Source of the DNA: Eledone cirrhosa
Taxonomy: Eukaryota
Reading direction: 5' to 3'
DNA: 64,000 bases
Assembly: GCA_964016885.1 (NCBI GenBank)
Contig: OZ024740.1
Coordinates: 380,928,001 to 380,992,000 of the forward strand
Of this stretch, positions 54,930-64,000 are shown piece after piece. Position 1 is the first letter of the stretch. Each line of letters starts with the position of its first letter. The position numbers and the translations under genes were made by a program. The notes under the pieces are model-generated. The model did not search any database and was not told the DNA's origin. It worked only from the letters and a program-made list of their open reading frames with translations.

Positions 54930-55383
54930 TAGGATATATATATATATATATATACGATATGTAGAAAGGATAACATACTAGAGAGAGAGAGTGTGCGTGC
55001 GATCAAAAAACAGGGAAACCACCAGTGTATGGAATCTATAAACTACGGAATGTAAGGTAGACAAATAATAATTAAAAGTATAAATCAAAATATAACTATA
55101 TGTCACACACGTACAAATCCAAAGAGATTTGTTTCGCCAAAAAATTATTGACTACAATGGAAACACCTATGGGTCATCAGCGTGTGTTAGGTTGATACAT
55201 TCCAGACAACTCTAAGAAAATATAAGATAATCGTCCTGCAACACGTGGTAGAGAGATGTGACAGCGTGCATAGGACAGTGAACCAGTGGTATTTGAGGGA
55301 CGGGCTGTAGTATTTTAGTTGGTCTAACGAAACTGTCGTAAATCAATTAAATGATTCAAATCAATTCCTTGTTAATCTTTATT

Positions 55384-55416
<33 letters not shown>

Positions 55417-55419
<3 letters not shown>

Positions 55420-55447
55420 GAGGTGGGTCAGAAAAGTTCCAGGACTG

Positions 55448-55448
<1 letters not shown>
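55417..55448. mobile_element. Solo mariner-like TIR stub inside (TA)n
   Basis: TA-CGAGGTGGGTCAGAAAAGTTCCAGGACT resembles mariner TIRs; no partner TIR seen. Confidence 0.45.
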
Positions 55449-55509
<61 letters not shown>

Positions 55510-55538
55510 TTATATATAATATGTATATATATATTATA

Positions 55539-55610
<72 letters not shown>

Positions 55611-55614
<4 letters not shown>

Positions 55615-55730
55615 AACATTTCAAGACCCCGACGACAGAGCTCAAGGCATTTCGAAGGCTATTTCTGGACTACAGAAATAGCCGTCGAAACGGCTTGGGC
55701 TCTGCCGTCAGGGTCTTGAACATTTTCCTT
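55611..55730. mobile_element. 120-bp imperfect fold-back unit between (TA)n arrays
   Basis: Arms related to 50886-50997 (cagaaatagccgtcgaaacggcttg.gctctgccgtc). Confidence 0.8.
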
Positions 55731-55774
55731 ATATATATATATAATATTTATATATATATATTATATATATATAT

Positions 55775-55809
<35 letters not shown>

Positions 55810-55848
55810 ATATATATATATATTATATATATATATATTATATATATA

Positions 55849-55886
<38 letters not shown>

Positions 55887-55945
55887 TATTATATATATAT
55901 ATATATTATATATATAATATATATATTATATATATATATATATAT

Positions 55946-55979
<34 letters not shown>

Positions 55980-56143
55980 ATATATTATATATATAATATA
56001 TATATTATATATATATTATATATATATATATTATATATATATATATTATATATATATTATACATATATATATATATACATTATATATATATTATATATTT
56101 ATTTCAAACCAAAACTTCACACTAAGAGTTTTATATAACATAC

Positions 56144-56218
<75 letters not shown>

Positions 56219-56498
56219 CGTGTACGTGATTGTGTGTGTGTGTGTATTGAAGAGGTAGAATCCCATCAGCGATCCCTGCGTGTTCATCTTGTATTTTCCA
56301 GCTACTTCATGGTTACTTTTACATAGATATCAATCTAATGATGATATAGATATTTATAATTAGTATCTTGATAAACTTGAGAAGACTAGCTGAAACTGCT
56401 GGGCTCACGATCGAGATTCTAACCTTTTAATATTCCCACTGTGTATTTCATCATGCACCAAGTTCTACCTTCACTTTTTTTGTCTTCAACGCAACGCA

Positions 56499-56543
<45 letters not shown>

Positions 56544-57699
56544 AATGGAAGTACAGCATATTCGAAGCCATACCCTCAGCCAAGCCGACGAATGCTTTCA
56601 GCAGTGCAGCCAAGCACTCGACAAGGTATAGGACCTCAGAGTAATAACATACAGTTTAAAGGGCTTTGCAAAATGAAGACAGCGACCGATATATATATAT
56701 ATATATGTATGTATGTATAACAAATTTGGACACAGACGTTTTTTGTTGATCTTGTGGGGGGGGGGAGTTTTAGCGAACGCGAGTAAGTTATACAAACGAA
56801 ATATTAAACTCACTATTTGACTGGTTTTTTTTTTCACAAGGATAAACGGCAAAATGGACCACTCAGAACGTAGAAATCCAGAACATTTATCGCAAGGTAT
56901 TCTATCTGATATAAAAGTTATTTTTAATCTGTAACTTAAGAAACAAAATTGTTCGTTGCTATTGTTGACTATGGTCATCTTTAGGCTGTTGGTCGAATAT
57001 TGTAACTAGCGAAGTGGTATAATAATTTTACTGCATGTTTTATGGTGGTTTCATCCTCGCGTGAAAGGCGATTTCTCTAATGAAGAAACATATTTAAATA
57101 AATGTACTTTACTAGAGATTCAACGGCAAAAGGAATACAAACAAGAAAATCTTCATCCAAAAAGCAAAAAAAAAAAAAAAAGCAAACATTTTTACAATAG
57201 CGAAAAAAAGCAAATATTTGCCATTCAATATTTTTCATTGAAAGTTTATCAGAATAATTGTGATAGGGGGCGAATTCCATTGTCTCTTTATGATATTCAG
57301 CTATCTCTTTCATCTCATAAATAAATAGCAATGAAACAATTACGTATCATCAATTTATCATTATTTCAGTATTTAGTAATCACTTTTCAAATAATGCTGA
57401 TAATATTAAGAATAATTAAGATATCTCATTGACTGAAGGCTCAGCGTTCAGTTGAATGCCAGGCTGGTAAGGTGTGGCTTGATATATTTCAGTTTATCAA
57501 GGTCGAAAACATAACTAACTTTCGAGACAATGCTTACGAAACAGAATCCTACGCAGCCTGTAGAAAGACAAAATGTGTTTTTAACCTATTTAACTTTATA
57601 AACATCTATTAGCGCTAACGATGCCTGTCAGACAAATTATGATTATTTTGACCTAATTAGATAATAATTTATAATATACAGACAACGACAAACATATGT

Positions 57700-57870
57700 G
57701 GGGACGGTTTAGTCGATTAAATCGACCTCAATAACTGGTTTTTACTTTATTTTACCGACCTCTGGATGGATGAAAAGCAAGTTTGGCTTGGGTGAGCTTT
57801 GAACTCAATACATGAACAGCCGGTACTAATATCTCAACGCATTTTGTCCGACAATTCAAACAGAGCACGT
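57700..57870 (-). mobile_element. Old SINE family A copy
   Basis: agtcgattaaatcgac..ttttaccgacc..ggatgaaaagcaa..tttgaactca. Confidence 0.6.
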
Positions 57871-58559
57871 CTGCATTCTTACGAGTCTACCAATCCACAG
57901 CCGTAACCTAATTATATAACAAGGACCAATGGGCTCATAGTTGTGTTTATGTATCGGTATAGCCTACTGACAATTATTTCAGTTTCAGAAACGTTTCAAA
58001 TCTTAGCTTTGTAAAATAAAATTTCCATATAACTATAACTTTTATACATTTCCACATCAATAACATTGCCAACTCGGTGAGGCTTCCTCTTCGAGGCCAG
58101 AAAATACAACACTACTGATCAGTTGTTGAACTCAATAAAGCTCAAATAAAACCCACTTTAGATACTGTTGATCATATATCTGAAACAGCATTCTCACTAG
58201 GATCTCATATTTTCTGGACTTACATCCAAATATTCTGCCAGCACTTGACATCTACTAAAATACAAATGCCCTGGTTTTAGTCTCCTATAACGGCTTCTCT
58301 TGATTTGAACTATCAACTTGCGCACAACCCTCGCTGAAATAAAAGAAATTAGCTCGCATCGTCCCGAACCCTTTTCTTCACCTACCAAATTGTGTTTCAT
58401 CTCCCAACACTCACGCTAAATACTTTCCTCAGTCACAGTTTTCTAGATCTTTTTCTAGCTACATTTTCTCTACAAAAATCAATCTGCAGAAGTTCAAGTT
58501 GATTTTCATTGTCATATACCTCATCAGTTTGAGAGTGCTTATAATGATCATGTGTAATG

Positions 58560-58776
58560 ATTATGTCTACAATAGGCACAAGGTCAGCAATTTTGGAGGA
58601 GGGGAAAGTCGATCTAATCGTTCTCAGTGCATTACAGGTATTTTATTATGTCAAGCTAGTAAGGATGAAAGGCAAAACTAACATCGGCGGGATTTGAACT
58701 CAGATCGTAAAGGGTCGTAACTCTATGCCACAAAGCATATTGTCCAATGCCCTACCGATCCTGCCAATCTACCATC
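58560..58776 (-). mobile_element. SINE family A, older variant retaining the gtcgat..aatcg segment
   Basis: aggcacaagg.cagcaatt..aaggatgaaaggcaaa..gggatttgaactcaga..ctgccaatc. Confidence 0.8.
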
Positions 58777-59339
58777 CTTATACTATCCTAACAATGGAAA
58801 ATATATTTAAACGGGATTGTCAAATACAATTAAATTGTGGAATCTATTGCTAATATAAAATATCTTAATTTGAATACCAACGAATCCGTTATGGATAATA
58901 AAACAAACATAACAATAGTTAACAATACATAAATAAACTAGGAATACAATTGCAAATTATGTCCGTCGAATCAAATTACAATGATTCGAACATAATCCGG
59001 AAAATCTAAATATTCTAGAATAAACATTATGCAATATATATCTCATTGTAGGTCACTGTTACTAGCATGATCGTTTTTCGTCTGTACAAAGCCATCTTTT
59101 ATTTGAAAAGATTATTGTTGATTGAATCTATCACAGTGCATGTCTAGAATGTATGTTATCGAGACTGCAGCGATGGATAGCAAATTCGATTCGAACGGAT
59201 TTTAACTGAGAGCAATGAAAGGTGAAATTATATGATGCATTATAGTTTGTAATTTTAAAAGTTTTTTATAAAAGATGTGAAGAATCTGGGAGACTGTTTA
59301 ATATTGCCACAAAGGCTTTTGTAAGTTGTTGTAACTCAG

Positions 59340-59950
59340 TAAATGATTAATTACACTCAGTGGTAAGAAACTCTCAGGAGAACTCGACAGCAGACGGTAT
59401 TCAGACCCGAAACCCAATCTTGCAAGCGTCTTGGCCTTTAACTTCTTACACTGTAAGGGGGCCGGCCCGCATCCAGGTCTTGACTCCTAGATGCCCTTCT
59501 GCTGGAAATTCTTAGCCGATTGGATATCGGAATTAAAACCGTATGGAGATTATATTGACAAGGTCTAGCTGGAACTCTTCTCTGTTGACTCTGCTTTCAA
59601 ACTACAAATTCTGAGGTAACCTTCATCTGTTTCTTGAGATCCTTTCTTTTTCCTCTAGATATTATCCATCTCTCGCTGACATCTGAATTTCTGAGGCGGT
59701 GCTTTTACTTTTGGCTCTCTTATCCATAGGCGACTTTGCAGATTGGATAAACAATGTCTACGAATGTGGCTAGCGTGTATTTCAGGTTGTTCTTTCTAAT
59801 ACGCATATTCAATTTCTGGACAATTTTCCCGTCCAGTGTCTTTCAATCTTCTTATGCCACTGTAGGTGGTAAGTTATGCTTACGGCGTCTGGTATCAAGA
59901 ACGTGTACAAATAACTCGCCTGAATCAACAGCGTTAATGTTCTTGACTCT
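59340..59950 (+). mobile_element. Decayed LINE 3' remnant (CR1/L2/Jockey group)
   Basis: FFLIRIFNFWTIFPSSVFQSSY resembles the FF.R....WN.LP..VFP.SY C-terminus; left boundary uncertain. Confidence 0.35.
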
Positions 59951-60510
59951 GTGCTTTGACTCCTTGCATTAGTTTTCCAACGTTATACATACAGGAGCAA
60001 CATGTTGCTGTTCATCCAACAAAACAATCGTATAGCCATTTATCGTGCTGTGGATCTCCATGCCGCACCCATGGGAATTCCTTTTGTCCTGTAGTCGTAA
60101 TCCTTTATGAATTCTTAGTCGTTAACTTTATCTTGGTACCAATCAATTTTCCACATTATTTATATCATAGATGCAATAATAGAGACGTTAGATGAAGGTT
60201 AATCACAATGATTAACCTTCCTAAACAATGCTTTCTTTGTTTATCTTAGAAGAAACTTGAATACACATAAAAGTTGACAACAAGATGCTGAAGTTTAAAC
60301 AGACTTTTCCTTGAAGAAGATTATGTATACATGCTTTTTACGATGCACATATGCGCATATAAACATGCATATGTGGTGACATATATAAATTGTGTTTGCA
60401 TACGCGCATAAATGTGTATGAATATCCATACACAAACAGAGAGATAGACACACACACACACACACACACATACGTACACGCGCACGCACGCACACGCACG
60501 CACGCACACG

Positions 60511-60641
<131 letters not shown>

Positions 60642-61212
60642 CTTACTTTGGGAGGGTTGTTTTTGTATAAGTCGAAATCAGCGCTGATCGAGCAAACAGT
60701 CAAACGCCTTGTAGACATGACGATTCCCTCATGTTGTGCATTATTCAATGTATCTTAATTTAAGATGTCGGTGTTTGATTACAGGAAGATTTTGGCTGCT
60801 TTTTCTAGCAGATTCATCGCGCATATAGAGTCTTCTTTGGTGGCTCTAGTGGGCTATAATAATAGTTAATATTAATGGCTCTACTTATTTCCGTAGCAAG
60901 TCTAAGAATAGCACTTTTGCTGTAAATCAATTCCAGTAAACTGAAATTAATTGCATCGAACTGTAACGTTATCAATTCAGTTAATACATTAATCCTCAAT
61001 AATACATTTTCAGAATATATCACCAATGTTTTAAATCCAAATAACTAAATTACCATGATTTGGAGAGAGAGTAAAAACGAGGTGTAACGATTATTAAATA
61101 ATATACGATACATATTCATAATCTCATATACATACATACACACACACACACACATACACACATACACACACACACACATGTGTATATATATATATACATA
61201 TATATATACATG

Positions 61213-61265
<53 letters not shown>

Positions 61266-61439
61266 TTGAAGACTAAAATGCAAAGAGGGCTCGATAAGGA
61301 TAAATATATATCAAATATAGAGCCGTTATAGGTGAAAGCAGCGATTCTTTGCTTAAACTTTAATCTGTTAAAATCCCGTTAAGGGTGAAAGCATCGATTC
61401 TTTGTTTAATCTGTTATTTTAATATATATATATATATAT

Positions 61440-61656
61440 AAGTGGTTACACAACAATTAGTTCACCATACCGAGAACAATTGTTTCACCTTAGCAGATCC
61501 TCAGCTTTTAATGGACATTACGAGCTGAGGATTCGCTAAGGTGAAACAATTGTTCTCGGTATGGTGAACTAACTGTTGTGTAACCACTTCTACCTAACTC
61601 GTCCCATGGACTAAGTGCTCTACCACTACGGATATTACCTTCCACTGTTCTACCAC

Positions 61657-61657
<1 letters not shown>
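61440..61657 (+). mobile_element. Fold-back unit (arms 61440-61506 / 61523-61589) with hammerhead-like motif and tail, between (TA)n arrays
   Basis: cgag-CTGAGGA-ttcgctaaggt-GAA-acaattgt-T-ctcg at 61521-61558 (stem II weak); tail 61590-61657. Confidence 0.8.
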
Positions 61658-61696
<39 letters not shown>

Positions 61697-62996
61697 ACAA
61701 TCAGTGAAGGTAAATATTTTGTTATTTTCCTATAGATATTTTCTGTTTTGATTACAATAACAATGATACAGTTTTCTTTTTAGATCCACAAAGCACATAT
61801 TTGTAATAAGTTCTGTGAAACCTGTTCGCATATATATATATATTAGTCACTTGCACTTTTTCTATCTTATTATATTTCAAGTCAATATTTTCAGTCTTAT
61901 TGAAACGAAATTGTAATTTCTCTCATGCTTTTGAAATTAATAAAAAAAGTCATTACGAAATGGAATCCGGAAACTTGTGTAATTCATCTATTTCGCCAGG
62001 CATGGACTATTTCAGAATGTTAATTTGTTAATGAACTGATAGAAATTTAATAAAAATCCTTAGCACAAATCAAAGAAATGTTCTTGCATTGAGGTCATGG
62101 CCAAGCTTTACATAGAAACAGAACTATGAACATTGCAAACAACAATGCCAGCGAAATTTCAGGTAATATAGCTACAATAACCCAAACGAAAAAACCGCTA
62201 AGCCAAATGCATATGGGTATATGAAAACAACATGAAAATCAATGCTGCAAAATTTCAACTGCTTCAATATCAACCCTGTCACAAAATGCAACCTAGATAC
62301 AAATGTAAAGGGGGGATTAAATTACCGAATGCCAAAATCTGCACCAGACGGGAAATATAATGAATTGTATGTAATGTGTCATTTCATTGCCGCATATTAC
62401 AAGAGAGCAAAAGTGTGTAGGCGACAGTAAAGATGTATCATTGTAAACATTTAAACAAAATTTTATACTGGTCCTTTAGAAGACATTTGTTGTTAGTTGC
62501 TTGGATTATTATTGCTCCAAACTTTGGCTGCAACGTAGCCATAATTTAACTGTTGAGCTTGTACACTAAGTATATTTCGTTGATGCAGCAACTGAGAGGT
62601 TCAAAATCAGATTACTCTATTAGCTTGAACGAAACGGGAATGCATAATTTAGCTTGAACAAAACGGGAACGCATAATTTATACCAAAGATATTTTGAAAA
62701 CTGTGGCATCTATGTTTGGTATTAAAATGTCCAATGGTTCATTTTCATTTGTCCTGAATTATGAATATATACTGCAATAAGTTGGTGTGTGGAGGACCAC
62801 ATTTCATTCGTGTCTATCCGCAAACATAAGTGTTCTACATAGAATATATATCAACAGGATACTAAATTAACCTTAATAAACTGTACACACACATACATAT
62901 ACATAATATACATACATATATACATACATACATGCATACATACATACATACATACATACATACATACATACATACATACATACATACATACATACA

Positions 62997-64000
62997 GTTA
63001 ACGCGATCAGTCGCATATTTTGGCGTGGGAGACTATTTATTAAATTTAAGATGAATACTATCTCCGACAGTAATGCCACAACTACAGTCATGTTGAATAA
63101 CTGGTTATTCTTCTAACTATATCTTCTGAAGACACCTTTTATTCGAATTCGTAGAGATATCCGACTAAATACATAATTCATTTTACAAGGATTTGCTACA
63201 AACAGCATGGCTGAACAAAACATCATCAAAAGAAATTAAGGAAGTACCGAAGACAAATAACAAGGAAGGTAATCAAACTTTATTCAGTTGTAGCTACAGA
63301 AGAAACCGAAATTATAAATCGCATTTCTCTTGGAGTTGCGAACTTAATAATGATTTATAAAATGGCAAAAAACAATCCCTGCATTGGCTATATGAACAGA
63401 ATGAAGCTATATTGGGACGAAATGCACCCAGAGCTAAATTATTTCACAACGAAACAATTATGCCAACAAGCGACGTTTGTTGAACGTAAAAATAAAATAA
63501 ATATTATTAATTGTAAGTCCCCCACAACAAACATGTTATCAACAACACGTGCTACAGGTCGCCATGCTACTAGACTTCCTAGCAGCCAGGTCGAACAGCG
63601 CCTTGAAACAACTATGCCTGTGAGAAACTTAACACCACCTGTACCATCTAAGTCTACCTCGAATGCCGGGGAAAACACTATCGATAATAATAATAATCGA
63701 AGAAATAATAATAATAATAATAATTGAAGAAATTTGACACCATGTGTACCATCCGAGTCTACCTCGACTGTTGTGGAAAATACTATCGATAATGATAATA
63801 ATCAAAAGTATAAACAATTGAAAATTTCCCTCAACGAAATCTTCCAGAGAGAAATTAACTCATGTATAAATATCTTTCTTGCTGAACGTATTAAAACGAC
63901 AATGTTTAATAAAAATACAAATAATGAAATATTACGTGTTATTGACGAAATAGGGGATGATATTTACGACGGATAAAACCCCAACATTTTGGCAAATCAA
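62997..64000 (+). mobile_element. Probable 5' end / N-terminus of an R4/Dong-type LINE, disrupted, running off the window
   Basis: GYMNRMKLYWDEMHPELNYFTTKQLCQQA resembles the R4-clade N-terminal Myb-like motif; begins right after (TACA)n; internal 105-bp-period duplication (63624, 63729). Confidence 0.6.

Noticed and set aside
55120-55185. Minus-strand CTGATGA..GAAAC motif (a similar case at 19435-19522)
   Set aside because: Stems I and III do not pair; at best a heavily decayed remnant
56245-56432. Possible old fold-back unit
   Set aside because: Only ~20 bp of loosely complementary ends; too decayed to call
58197-58400. 67-aa minus-strand ORF as a host exon or transposase
   Set aside because: No recognisable motif or convincing splice context
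60193-60220. Short hairpin gaaggttaatca-caa-tgattaaccttc
   Set aside because: Isolated 12-bp stem with no associated element
62620-62678. 29-bp tandem duplication
   Set aside because: Ordinary local duplication with no further structure
63121-63158. Hammerhead-like atctt-CTGAAGA..GAATTCGTA-gagat
   Set aside because: No stem II and GAAT instead of GAAA

Overview
AT-rich eukaryotic, gene-poor DNA, saturated with microsatellites ((TA)n, (CA)n, (TACA)n, (GAA)n, (GTA)n) and transposons. The SINE families resemble octopod SINEs as I remember them, so a coleoid cephalopod origin is likely but unverified. No host protein-coding exon is supportable, and most listed ORFs are microsatellite read-throughs. 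Recognisable elements include: a near full-length Tx1/L1-clade LINE in (ATCT)n (45065-50756); R4/Dong-type RLE LINE copies in (TACA)n (6264-8833, 62997-64000); two Penelope-like elements (PLEs), one of them Naiad-like; RTE LINE fragments and a bipartite non-autonomous RTE family; non-autonomous Helitrons; a piggyBac-like MITE; a Gypsy-like LTR with a tRNA-Trp PBS; and many SINEs. The most striking signal is about ten non-coding fold-back (palindromic) units, mostly within or next to (TA)n arrays, plus about a dozen type I hammerhead ribozyme motifs read directly from the sequence. These include zero- or one-nucleotide-loop palindromes with a hammerhead motif in both polarities and a U3-A8 covariant core. 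I interpret them as PLE pseudo-LTR derivatives made by snap-back synthesis; ribozyme activity and mechanism are untested inferences.
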